Positions 22,864 through 32,403 of a stretch of DNA of 64,000 nt are shown here, in pieces. Source of the stretch: an uncultured Planctomycetaceae bacterium (GTDB lineage Bacteria > Planctomycetota > Planctomycetia > Planctomycetales > Planctomycetaceae); the NCBI GenBank assembly GCA_963813715.1, contig CAWFAK010000017.1:608001-672000 (forward strand), written 5' to 3'. The notes under the pieces were generated by a model, which saw nothing but the letters and a program-made list of their open reading frames with translations, searched no databases and was not told where the DNA came from. The number at the start of each line of letters is the position of its first letter. Position 1 is the stretch's first letter. Both the position numbers and the translations under genes were made by a program.

Positions 22864-24277
22864 ATGCCGAGAGCCGCAGGGGCGAGTCCGGCGGACGCCG
22901 CGCGACAAACCGCGGCGTCCGATGAGCTGCGGTACGTCCCCGTCGGCCATAGTTTTGCCTCGGTGACCGACCAAATCTCGGACCTGGTGCTCGGCCGTGC
23001 CACCCGCATGGGCTGGTACGTGACCTTCGCAGCCGGCTCGTTTCTGTTGCTGATGTTTTCCGGCGTTGTCGTATACCTGCTCGCCAAAGGGGTGGGCATC
23101 TGGGGGATCAACGTCCCCGTCGGCTGGTGCTTCGCGATCACGAGCTTCGTCTGGTGGATCGGCATCGGCCACGCCGGCACCCTGATCTCGGCCATTCTGG
23201 TGTTGCTGCATCAGAAATGGCGGACGTCGATCAACCGCATCGCCGAGGCGATGACCATCTTCGCCGTCATGTGCGCCGGCACGTTCCCACTCCTGCACCT
23301 GGGACGCCCGTGGTACTTCTATTGGCTGTTGCCTTATCCCAACACGATGAAGCTGTGGCCGCAGTTCCGCAGTGCGCTGGTGTGGGACGTCTTTGCCGTC
23401 AGCACGTATTTCACCGTGTCGCTGATGTTCTGGTACATGGGGATGATTCCCGACTTTGCCACGCTGCGCGACCGAGCCACGAAGAAGCGCTGGCAGATGG
23501 CTTACGGCATGCTGGCGATGGGCTGGCGCAATTCGGCCCGGCACTGGCATCGCTATCAGATGGCCTATTTGCTCTTGGCCGGACTCGCAACGCCGCTCGT
23601 CATCTCGGTGCACTCGGTCGTGAGCTCGGACTTTGCCATTTCGCTAGAGCCCGGCTGGCACGAGACGGTCTTTCCCCCCTACTTCGTCGCCGGCGCCCTG
23701 CTCTCAGGCTTCGCGATGGTCATCGCGCTGGCGATCCCCATGCGGCACTACTACGGCATCAAGGATTTCATCAGCCTGAGTCACTTGGAGGTGATGGCCA
23801 AGATCCTGTTGGCGACGTCGTTCTTCACTTCTTACGGCTACTTCAGCGAGCAGTTCATCACCTGGATTTCGGGCGAAACCTACGACAAGTACGTTTACCT
23901 CAACATCCTGATCGGCTGGCGGCAGTACGCCGTGATCACGTGGATCACCCTCGTGCTGCGTGTTCATCGCGCCGCAGTTGTTTTGGATTCCGCGGTTCCG
24001 CCGCAACGAGAAGGTGCTGTTTGTCGTTTCGGTGCTGGTGCTGGCGGGCATGTGGATGGAGCGGTACTTGCTCATCACCACCAGCCTGAGCCGCGATTTC
24101 CTGCCGTCTTCGTGGGGCATCTTCCAGCCGACGATTTGGGACATCCTGACTTACGTCGGGTCGATCGGACTGTTCGTCGTCACGTTTTTGTTGTTCTGCC
24201 GCTTTCTGCCGATGATCTCGATGTGCGAAATGCGGGGCCTGTTGCCGGGCTCGCGCGGGCACGAGGAGGGGCGATGA
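22864..24277 (+). CDS. actC: Alternative complex III quinol-oxidising NrfD-like subunit (frameshift ~23955)
   Basis: FVWWIGIGHAGTLISAIL; WRTSINRIAEAMT; HLGRPW; WDVFAVSTY; SVHSVVSSDF; GWHETVFPPYFVAGA; C-terminus in ORF 23960-24277. Confidence 0.93.
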
Positions 24278-24882
24278 CGTCGGACGCAAAGCCCAAACTC
24301 TTCGGCCTGATGGCGGAGTTCGCTTCCGTCGACGCGCTGTTCGCGGCCACCCGCCGTGCGCGGCAGGCAGGCTATCGCGAGATGGACGCGTACACGCCCT
24401 ACGCTGTCGAGGGACTGGCCGAGGAGCTGGGCGAGGGGAAAACCCGCGTCCCCGTGGTCGTGCTGATCGGCGGGTTGGTGGGGGCGGGCGCCGGCTTCCT
24501 GATGCAGTACTGGTCGATGGCCGTCGACTATCCGTTCAACGCCGGCGGCCGCCCGCTCAACAGTTGGCCCGCCTTCATTCCAATCGCGTTCGAGATGATG
24601 ATCCTCGTCGCGTCAATTTCGGCGTTTCTGAGCATGCTGTTCATGAACGACCTGCCGCGACCCCACCATCCGCTGTTCAACGTGCCGCAGTTCGCGCGGG
24701 CCAGTCAGGATCGCTTTTTCCTTTGCATCGAGGCGACCGATCCAAAATTCGATGCGGAGCGGACGCTGGAGTTTTTGTCGGCGGCCGAGTCGCACCTCGG
24801 CATCGTGGAAGTGCCGATGGACCCGCCCGCCGCCCCGAGCGAAACGTCCCTTGAGCAGACGCATGTGGCCGTGATGTCATGA
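24274..24882 (+). CDS. actD: Alternative complex III subunit D (DUF3341)
   Basis: GAGGAGG RBS; FGLMAEF...MDAYTPY...DYPFNAGGRPLNSWPAFIPIAFE...LPRPHHPLF...DRFFLCIE. Confidence 0.9.
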   Translation: MTSDAKPKLFGLMAEFASVDALFAATRRARQAGYREMDAYTPYAVEGLAEELGEGKTRVPVVVLIGGLVGAGAGFLMQYWSMAVDYPFNAGGRPLNSWPAFIPIAFEMMILVASISAFLSMLFMNDLPRPHHPLFNVPQFARASQDRFFLCIEATDPKFDAERTLEFLSAAESHLGIVEVPMDPPAAPSETSLEQTHVAVMS

Positions 24883-25589
24883 GCGTGCACGACACAAAAT
24901 CACGCGGCATTCGAGCGCACGATCATCTCGTGGCGTCCGTTCTGCTGCTGGTTCTGTCCGGCTGCCAGCAGCAGATGGCCAGCCAGCCGAGCTATCATCC
25001 GCTCGAGGCATCGACCTTCTTTGCCGATGGCCAAGCGTCGCGGCCCATCGTCAAAGGGACGGTCGCCCGGGGACATCTGGAGCTCGATTGGCACCTTTAC
25101 ACGGGCCGCATTCCTGGGGCGAACGCCAAGGCCGAGGCGTCGCGGATTGAAACGCCCAAGCCGACGGGCCAAAACGTGGGCGCCAACAAGGCCGACTTCG
25201 ATCGTGGACGATTCGTCGACACGTTTCCGGAACCGGTCACGCAGAAGATGATCGAGCATGGCTACCACCGCTTTATGATCTATTGCGTCGTCTGCCACGA
25301 TCCGATGGGAACCGGACGCGGCAAGATCGTCGAGCGGGGTTACATTCATCCCCCCTCGTTTCACATCGCCCGTTTGCGGACAGCGCCGGTTGGCCGCCTG
25401 TTCGCGGTGGCGACGGAGGGTTACGGAGCGATGCCCTCGTACGAGTCGCAGATTTCGGCCCGCGACCGCTGGGCCATCGTTGCCTTCATTCGCGCTTTGC
25501 AGCTGAGCCAGCATTTTCCGGTAGACCAGCTCACACCGGACATGCAAAGCCAACTGGCCGCCGCACGCTCGGCAAAGGAGGGGCCGTGA
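24879..25589 (+). CDS. actE: Alternative complex III monoheme cytochrome c lipoprotein
   Basis: Lipobox LSGC; MASQP; GTVARG; CVVCH; GYGAMPSY; DRWAIVAFIRALQ. Confidence 0.9.
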   Translation: MSVHDTKSRGIRAHDHLVASVLLLVLSGCQQQMASQPSYHPLEASTFFADGQASRPIVKGTVARGHLELDWHLYTGRIPGANAKAEASRIETPKPTGQNVGANKADFDRGRFVDTFPEPVTQKMIEHGYHRFMIYCVVCHDPMGTGRGKIVERGYIHPPSFHIARLRTAPVGRLFAVATEGYGAMPSYESQISARDRWAIVAFIRALQLSQHFPVDQLTPDMQSQLAAARSAKEGP

Positions 25590-26816
25590 CCAGCGCCGCC
25601 TCCGATCACCTGAACGATGTCCGTTGGGGCCGCTGGTCTCTGCTGGTCGGCTGCATCGCGCTCGGACTCTGCGTGATCGGCGCGCTCTTGGGCGATCCGG
25701 ACCAGTTCTTCCGGGCGTATCTCGCCGCGTACATGTTCGTACTGGGGCTTGGGCTCGGCGGCCTGGCGATCCTGATGATCTACCATCTGACGGGGGGCGC
25801 CTGGGGCTATCTGATTCGCCGCGTGCTCGAGGCGCAGATGCGCACGCTGCCTTTAATGGCCCTCTTGTTCGTGCCAATCGGCTTCGGGATCGAGGCACTC
25901 TATCTGTGGGCGCGGCCGGATCTCGTGCGTGCGGACGAACGGCTGCAGAGCCAACAGTTTTATCTGAACAAGGATTTCTTCCTGGGACGGGCGGCGATCT
26001 ACTTTGCTATCTGGCTCTTCTTCGCGCTGCTGCTCACGCTGCGATCTCGCCGGCAGGACCAGACTGACGACGAGCGTATTCCAAACGGCCTGGAGCGGCT
26101 GGGCGAAATCGGCCTGGTGCTGTTTGGCACGACGATGCACTTCGCCGCGTTCGACTGGCTCGAAACGCTGCAACCGACTTTCCACTCCACGATCTTTCCG
26201 ATGCTGGTGGTCTCGGGCCAGCTGCTCAGTGCGCAGGCGCTTGCGGTGATCGTGTTCATCGCCTTTGTGCTTCCGCGGGATGCCGCCTCGATTGCTTCAC
26301 GGCGGGCACTCAACGATTTGGGCAACATCCTGTTTGCCTTCCTGGTGATCTGGGCCTACATGAATTTCTTCCAGTTCATGTTGATCTGGATTGCCAACCT
26401 GTCGTCCGACTGCGCTCTGGTACGCGCCGCGGTCGCAGGGAGCCTGGCGGCCGCTGGTATGGGCCCTGTGTTTTGCGAACTTCGTGATTCCGTTCTTCCT
26501 GCTGTTGATGCGGTCGATCAAGCAGCATCCGCCCAGCCTCGCGAAGGTGGCCGCGCTGATTTTGTTCTCGCAGGTGGTCTTCAACTACTACCTGGTGGTG
26601 CCCGTCTTTCAGGCCCCCGGTTTGCTTGAGCATTGGATGGATTTTGTGATGCCGGTCGGGCTGGGGGGAATTTGGTTTGCGTTGTTCGTCAATCGGCTGC
26701 GGAGCCGACCGTTGTTGCCGGTCCACGATCCGAACCGGGAAAAGGCCGCGCACCTACGGACCTTGGATGAGGAAGACCTCGAACGCGAGCACGTGCTGGT
26801 GCATTCGGGGACTTAA
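25586..26816 (+). CDS. actF: Alternative complex III membrane subunit F (frameshift ~26410)
   Basis: FFRAYL...HLTGGAWG..IRRVLEA...YLNKDFF..R...DLGNILFAFLVIWAYMNFFQFMLIWIANL. Confidence 0.88.
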
Positions 26817-26840
26817 GGGCCTAACGCGTCGCAATCCGCC

Positions 26841-27383
26841 ATGTCTGATCCCAACACCAATCGCGATGCCGAACACGCGCTGGAGCCGAGTGCCGGGGCC
26901 GAACCGCCGTCCCCGGTGCGGCCTGAGAATCGTTACGAAGAGACCGATGCCAGCTTTCGCGCCGTGACAATCGTGGCCGTCGTCGGCTGCGTGATTGGCG
27001 CGGTCGTGTTCGTCGCCGTGCGGGGATTTTACTGGGCGGCCCTCGAGTCGCAGCCGCCGGCTCGCGCCACGACATTCACCGCTCCGGAAAACCCGACCGA
27101 GCAACTGCCGCCGGAGCCGCGGTTGGAACTGCTGGACCGCCAGCAGAAAACGCCTGCCTCCAATGTCTCGCGCTGGGAGCGAGGCGAAGAGAAATCCTTA
27201 GAGACCTATGGCACTTCCGACGAAAAAGGTTTCGTGCGAATTCCGCTCAAGGAGGCGATGCACATCGTCGTGGGACAATTGCCCGCCCGCAAAGCTGCCG
27301 ATCAACCCAAGTTCCCCGACAGAGGGCTGATCGACGCCGGCGAATCGAACTCGGGCCGAATGTTTCGAGGAGGCTCGCCATGA
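26841..27383 (+). CDS. ActG-like single-TM accessory subunit
   Basis: YEETDA, one TM, PPEPRL, YG..D...G.VRIPL..AM; position between actF and SCO. Confidence 0.7.
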   Translation: MSDPNTNRDAEHALEPSAGAEPPSPVRPENRYEETDASFRAVTIVAVVGCVIGAVVFVAVRGFYWAALESQPPARATTFTAPENPTEQLPPEPRLELLDRQQKTPASNVSRWERGEEKSLETYGTSDEKGFVRIPLKEAMHIVVGQLPARKAADQPKFPDRGLIDAGESNSGRMFRGGSP

Positions 27384-28240
27384 GGCGCGCGGCCCTGTCC
27401 GTACTCATCCTTGGCTCGGTGCTCTTGGCCGGTGCGCCTGCCCTTTCTCGTGCCGCGGCGCCGCTGCCGCCGATTTTGACGAAGGTGACTTTCGAGCAGC
27501 GGCTTAATGAAACGGTCCCGCTCGACGCGGCCTTCCGCGATGAGGACGGTCACGAGGTCAAGTTGGGAAAGTACTTCGGTGCGCAGCCGGTCGTGTTGGT
27601 GATGGCCTATTTTCGCTGCCCGATGCTCTGTACGCAGGTGCTCAATGGGACGGTCGAGGGTTTGCGGGAAAGTGAGCTGACCATCGGCAAGGACTTCCGC
27701 GTGGTCACCATCAGCTTCGATCCGAGCGATTCGCCGCGGATGGCCACGGCCAAGAAGGCCAATTACATCCGCGCCTACGCGGATCCGCGGGCGGCGGCCG
27801 ACTGGCATTTTTTGACAGGCACGAAAGACTCAATCGACCGCGTCGCCCAGGCCATCGGCTTTCGGTACGCCTATGACGAGGCCAGCGATCAGTACGCGCA
27901 CGCGGCGGGAATTGTCGTGCTGACGCCGGGCGGCAAGATCTCTCGCTACTTTTACGACGTGCACTACTCCGGCCGCGATCTCCGCCTGGGACTGGTCGAG
28001 GCGTCGCAAAACCGGATCGGCACGGCCATCGATCAGGTGCTGCTCTTTTGCTTCCACTACGACCCGACGGCCGGCCGCTACGGCGCGGCCGTGATGAACT
28101 TCGTCCGCGCCGGCGGCGTGTTGACGGTGATCGGCTTGCTGGTGTTTTACGTGGCCTTGATGCGGGGCGAGCGACGGCGTCGCGGATTGCTGGCGGCGGC
28201 CGTGCCCGTCGTCCGTGCCAACGGCGAATTGACCGGCTGA
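27380..28240 (+). CDS. SCO1/SenC copper chaperone
   Basis: YFRCPMLCTQVL (CxxxC), WHFLTG, QYAHAAG, LLFCFHYDP. Confidence 0.92.
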   Translation: MRRAALSVLILGSVLLAGAPALSRAAAPLPPILTKVTFEQRLNETVPLDAAFRDEDGHEVKLGKYFGAQPVVLVMAYFRCPMLCTQVLNGTVEGLRESELTIGKDFRVVTISFDPSDSPRMATAKKANYIRAYADPRAAADWHFLTGTKDSIDRVAQAIGFRYAYDEASDQYAHAAGIVVLTPGGKISRYFYDVHYSGRDLRLGLVEASQNRIGTAIDQVLLFCFHYDPTAGRYGAAVMNFVRAGGVLTVIGLLVFYVALMRGERRRRGLLAAAVPVVRANGELTG

Positions 28241-28247
28241 CGAGGAT

Positions 28248-29300
28248 GTGATGCTCGATTCGGCCAAAAGTGCCTGGTTTCCACCCGAAGCGTCGACGAC
28301 GGCTGCGCACGTCGACTTGTTGCTCTATTTCCTGTTGGCCGTCTGCGGATCGGTCGGGCTGCTCGTCGCCTTTCTGATGATCTACTTCTGCATTCGCTAC
28401 CGGCGGCGTCCAGGCGCCGGCCGGCCGGCCCGTACGCACGCTTCGCACGCGCTCGAGTGGTTCTGGACCATCGTGCCATTTTTCATCTTCATGGGAATCT
28501 TCGTCTGGGGAGCCGTCGTCTATGTCGACGCGTACCACGCTCCGCCCGACTCGATCCCCGTGTACGGCATTGGCAAGCAGTGGATGTGGAAGTTCCAGCA
28601 TCCCGAGGGGCAGCGCGAAATCAACACGCTGCACGTCCCGCTCGGCCGGCCCGTGCAGGTGCTGCTCACGTCCGAGGACGTGATCCACAGCTTCTTCATC
28701 CCCGCCTTTCGCGTGCACATGGATGTCCTGCCCAACCGCTATACGTCGGTTTGGTTCGAGGCGACCAAGCCGGGCGAATACCACCTCTTCTGTTCGCAAT
28801 ACTGCGGCACCAATCACGCCGGCATGATCGGCACGGTCGTGGTGATGGAGCAGGCGGACTTCGAGAGCTGGCTGTCGCTGCATGCGGAAGGGTCGCTGGC
28901 ACTCGAGGGGCGGAAGGTCTTCCTCAAATACCGCTGCATCAGCTGCCATAGCGCCACGGCCGGCGCGCGGGCTCCGGTTCTCGAGGGGCTGTACGGAAAC
29001 ATCGCGCGGCTGAACAACGGCCGCTCGGTCGTGGCGGACGACGCGTACATTCGCGAATCGATCCTCGATCCGGGAGCGAAGATCGCCGCCGGCTGGGAAA
29101 ACATCATGCCGACGTTCCGCGGCCAGATCAGCGAGGAGGAGATCTACGCCCTGATTTCCTACTTCCGTTCGTTGCAGCGGGGCGAGACGCCGCGCCGCGT
29201 CGAAGAGTATCCGCCGCCGACTTCGACGCCCCCGATCAACACCACCGCACCGGACAGCAGCGCGACCGAGGGCAAATCGACCGCGCCGAAAGAGCCCTGA
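28248..29300 (+). CDS. coxB: Cytochrome c oxidase subunit II with fused cytochrome c (caa3 type)
   Basis: LEWFWT; KQWMWKF; DVIHSF; CuA site CSQYCGTNHAGM; C-terminal CISCH...YIRESI..P...MP. Confidence 0.95.
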   Translation: MMLDSAKSAWFPPEASTTAAHVDLLLYFLLAVCGSVGLLVAFLMIYFCIRYRRRPGAGRPARTHASHALEWFWTIVPFFIFMGIFVWGAVVYVDAYHAPPDSIPVYGIGKQWMWKFQHPEGQREINTLHVPLGRPVQVLLTSEDVIHSFFIPAFRVHMDVLPNRYTSVWFEATKPGEYHLFCSQYCGTNHAGMIGTVVVMEQADFESWLSLHAEGSLALEGRKVFLKYRCISCHSATAGARAPVLEGLYGNIARLNNGRSVVADDAYIRESILDPGAKIAAGWENIMPTFRGQISEEEIYALISYFRSLQRGETPRRVEEYPPPTSTPPINTTAPDSSATEGKSTAPKEP

Positions 29301-29310
29301 CGGAGCCGCC

Positions 29311-30962
29311 ATGACGATCGCCACCCTGCCCGTTTCCGCCTCTCAGCCGGTCGAGCCGCCGGCCGAGGGGTCGAACTACCTCAACGTTTCGTACGGCGTC
29401 GTCTCGTGGCTGTTGACCAAAGATCACAAGCGGATCGCCATCCTCTACTTGATCAGCGTCACGGCGATGTTTCTGCTGGGCGGCCTGGCCATCTCCATCG
29501 TGCGGCTGCACCTGATGACACCTCAGGGGACCCTCGTCTCGGCCGACACGTACAACCGGCTGTTCACGATGCACGGCGTGATCATGGTCTTCTTCTTCTT
29601 GGTGCCGGTCGCGCCGGCCGTGCTGGGTAATTTCTGCCTGCCCCTGATGATTGGGGCCAAAGACCTGGCCTTTCCCCGGATCAATCTGCTGAGCTGGTAT
29701 CTGTACGTGATCGGTGGCGCCTGGACGCTGTTTGCGATGCTGACCGAAGGGGTCGACACCGGCTGGACGTTTTACGCTCCCTACAGCTCACAGGCGACGC
29801 ACTACAACGTGGTCCCCACGCTCATCGGCCTGGTGCTGGCCGGCTTCTCGTCGCTGTTCACCGGGCTCAACTTCATCGTCACCACGCACTGGCTGCGGGC
29901 GCCGGGCTGACCTGGTTCCGCTTGCCAATCTTCGTCTGGGCGATGTACGCGACCAGCTTCATCTCGCTTTTGGCCGTCCCCGTGCTCGCGATGGCGCTGA
30001 TCCTGCTGATGCTCGAGCGGCTCTTGCACATCGGCATTTTCGATCCGGCCTTGGGGGGCGATCCCCTGCTGTTCCAGCATCTGTTTTGGTTTTACTCCCA
30101 CCCGGCGGTCTACATCATGATCCTGCCGGGGATGGGCATCGTCAGCGAAGTGATTCCCTGCTTCGCCCGCAAGTCGCTGTTTGGTTACACGTTCGTGGCC
30201 TATTCGTCGCTGGCCATCGCCTTTTTGAGCTTTCTGGTCTGGGCCCATCACATGTTCGTGGCGGGCATCACGCTGTATGCGGCACTGGTCTTCTCCTGCC
30301 TGAGCTTTTTGGTGGCCGTGCCGTCGGCGATCAAGGTCTTCAACTGGACGGCCACGCTCTACAAGGGGTCGATTGCCTTCGAAACGCCCATGCTGTTTTG
30401 CCTGGGGTTCGTGGCGCTGTTTACGGCCGGCGGACTGACCGGGCTCTTTCTGGCGACGCTGGGTGTCGACATTCACGTGCACGACACCTACTTCGTGATC
30501 GCCCACTTCCACTTCATCATGGTGGGCGGCATGGTAATGGCTTACATGGGCGGGCTGCATTTTTGGTGGCCCAAGATGACGGGCCGCATGTATTCGCAAT
30601 GGTGGTCGCGGCTGGCCGCGCTGATCATCTTCGTCGGCTTCTTCCTCACGTTCCTGCCGCAGTTCATCGTCGGCTACAACGGGATGCCCCGGCGGTATTA
30701 CCAGTACGTTCCGGAATTCCAGGTGTGGAACGTGCTTTCGTCGGCGGGCGCCTCGATCCTCGCGGTCGGCTACCTGTTGCCGCTGGGATACCTGCTCTAC
30801 TCGCTCCGCTATGGTCCGCGGACGGGAAGCAACCCGTGGGGCGCGACCGGGCTGGAGTGGACCACGACCTCGCCGCCGCCGCGCGACAACTTCGCCGTCA
30901 CGCCGATCGTCGTCCGCGGCCCCTACGAATACGACACCGGAAAAGCCCAGAATGAGCCTTAG
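29311..30962 (+). CDS. coxA: Cytochrome c oxidase subunit I, A2 type (frameshift ~29905)
   Basis: [55 protein letters not shown]. Confidence 0.95.
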
Positions 30963-31683
30963 AGATACGCTCTTCACACAGGCCGAGCAGAAGGCCCTCT
31001 TCGATCACACGTTCCTCGCGCGGGACCGGCTCGAAGAGCAATACGCCTCGCTGCCTCACCAGAGCGAGACGGCCGCCTTCGGCATGTGGGTCTTTCTGGC
31101 GACGGAGGTAATGTTTTTCGGCACGCTCTTCGTCGCGGTCGGCGCGTATTGGATCTTTTCTCCGAAAACGATCGAGCGGGCGAGCCTCGAGCTCAACTGG
31201 GTCATCGGTGGGATCAATACGGTCGTGCTCTTGGTCAGCAGCCTGATGATGGTGCTGGCGATTCACGCGGCGCAGCTCAATCGGCAGCGTGAAGTGTTTC
31301 GCTACCTCGTGCTGACGGCCGGCCTGGGAGTCCTCTTTCTTTGCTTCAAGGCGCTCGAATACTACATCGATTACAAGGAAAACCTGATTCCGGGCTTCAA
31401 GTTCGACGATGCCGAGTGGATTGCCCGCGGCGTCGATGCCAGCCAACTCGGCTATGTGAAAATGTTCCTGTTTCTCTACTGGACAATGACCGGCTTCCAC
31501 GCGATCCACGTGACGATCGGCATCGGCGTCGTGGTGGTGATGGCCGTACTCACGCGGCGGGGCCATTTCTCGGCCGAATATTATTCGCCTCTCGACGTCA
31601 CGGGGCTGTACTGGCACTTCGTCGACATCGTTTGGATCTTTGTGTTCCCCACGTTGTATTTGCTGGGCACCCACACGTTGTGA
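30952..31683 (+). CDS. coxC: Cytochrome c oxidase subunit III
   Basis: [41 protein letters not shown]. Confidence 0.95.
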   Translation: MSLRDTLFTQAEQKALFDHTFLARDRLEEQYASLPHQSETAAFGMWVFLATEVMFFGTLFVAVGAYWIFSPKTIERASLELNWVIGGINTVVLLVSSLMMVLAIHAAQLNRQREVFRYLVLTAGLGVLFLCFKALEYYIDYKENLIPGFKFDDAEWIARGVDASQLGYVKMFLFLYWTMTGFHAIHVTIGIGVVVVMAVLTRRGHFSAEYYSPLDVTGLYWHFVDIVWIFVFPTLYLLGTHTL

Positions 31684-31705
31684 CGTCCGCCGACCGAGGT
31701 TCGCG

Positions 31706-32011
31706 ATGTCGAGCAAAATCACTCCGGCCAACACGTACATTGTCGTGCTGATTGCGCTGTTGGTGTTGACGGTCTTGACGGTCGGGGTCTCGTTCGTGCC
31801 GCTGCCGCCGATCGGGCACGTGGTCGCGGGGCTGTCGATCGCCGCGCTCAAGGCCACGCTCGTCGTGCTGATCTTCATGCACGCGCTGCACAGCCCGCGA
31901 ATCACGTGGTGCGTGATCGTGGCGTCGATCGCTTGGGTGTTGATTCTGTTTTCGCTGACGTACGCCGACTACCTGACGCGGGGCTCGCTCCCGCAAATGC
32001 CCGGTCACTAG
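31706..32011 (+). CDS. Cytochrome c oxidase subunit IV (caa3 small subunit)
   Basis: Three TM; ALLVLTVLTV...IAALKATLVVLIFMH...DYLTR. Confidence 0.88.
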   Translation: MSSKITPANTYIVVLIALLVLTVLTVGVSFVPLPPIGHVVAGLSIAALKATLVVLIFMHALHSPRITWCVIVASIAWVLILFSLTYADYLTRGSLPQMPGH

Positions 32012-32039
32012 TCGCGTTTGAGTTCCGCAAGGTCCGACC

Positions 32040-32384
32040 ATGAACCGTCCGCCCGAAGCCAAGTCGCAGCCGCTGGGATTGGGAGTGGCGTCGGTGGTGT
32101 TGGGGGTGATCAGCACGCTCTTATTTTTCCTGCCGATTCTGGCGACACCCATCGCTCTGATCGCGCTGACGCTGGCGGTGATTGGCTGCGCCCTGGGCAT
32201 GACATCGGGACGCACGAGCTTGCGCTGGTCGGCCGTCGGGCTGGTCGTTTCCGGATTGGCGCTGACCATCAACCTGGCGATCGCCTACGCGCCGAGCGGA
32301 TTCGAGCACACACCGCCGTCCCCGCCCACCGAGCCGGTCCCGGGCGTACCTTACGCGCCGCCACCCGCTCGTTCCGTCAGCTAA
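32040..32384 (+). CDS. Small hypothetical membrane protein
   Basis: GVASVVLGVIS...three hydrophobic segments and a Pro-rich tail. Confidence 0.6.
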   Translation: MNRPPEAKSQPLGLGVASVVLGVISTLLFFLPILATPIALIALTLAVIGCALGMTSGRTSLRWSAVGLVVSGLALTINLAIAYAPSGFEHTPPSPPTEPVPGVPYAPPPARSVS

Positions 32385-32403
32385 GTCGCCCCGCCGTCGC
32401 TTA

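Noticed and set aside
29905..29925. TGA recoding or a naturally split coxA
   Set aside because: The downstream half is in a different frame, so a single missing base explains it, consistent with window-wide indel errors
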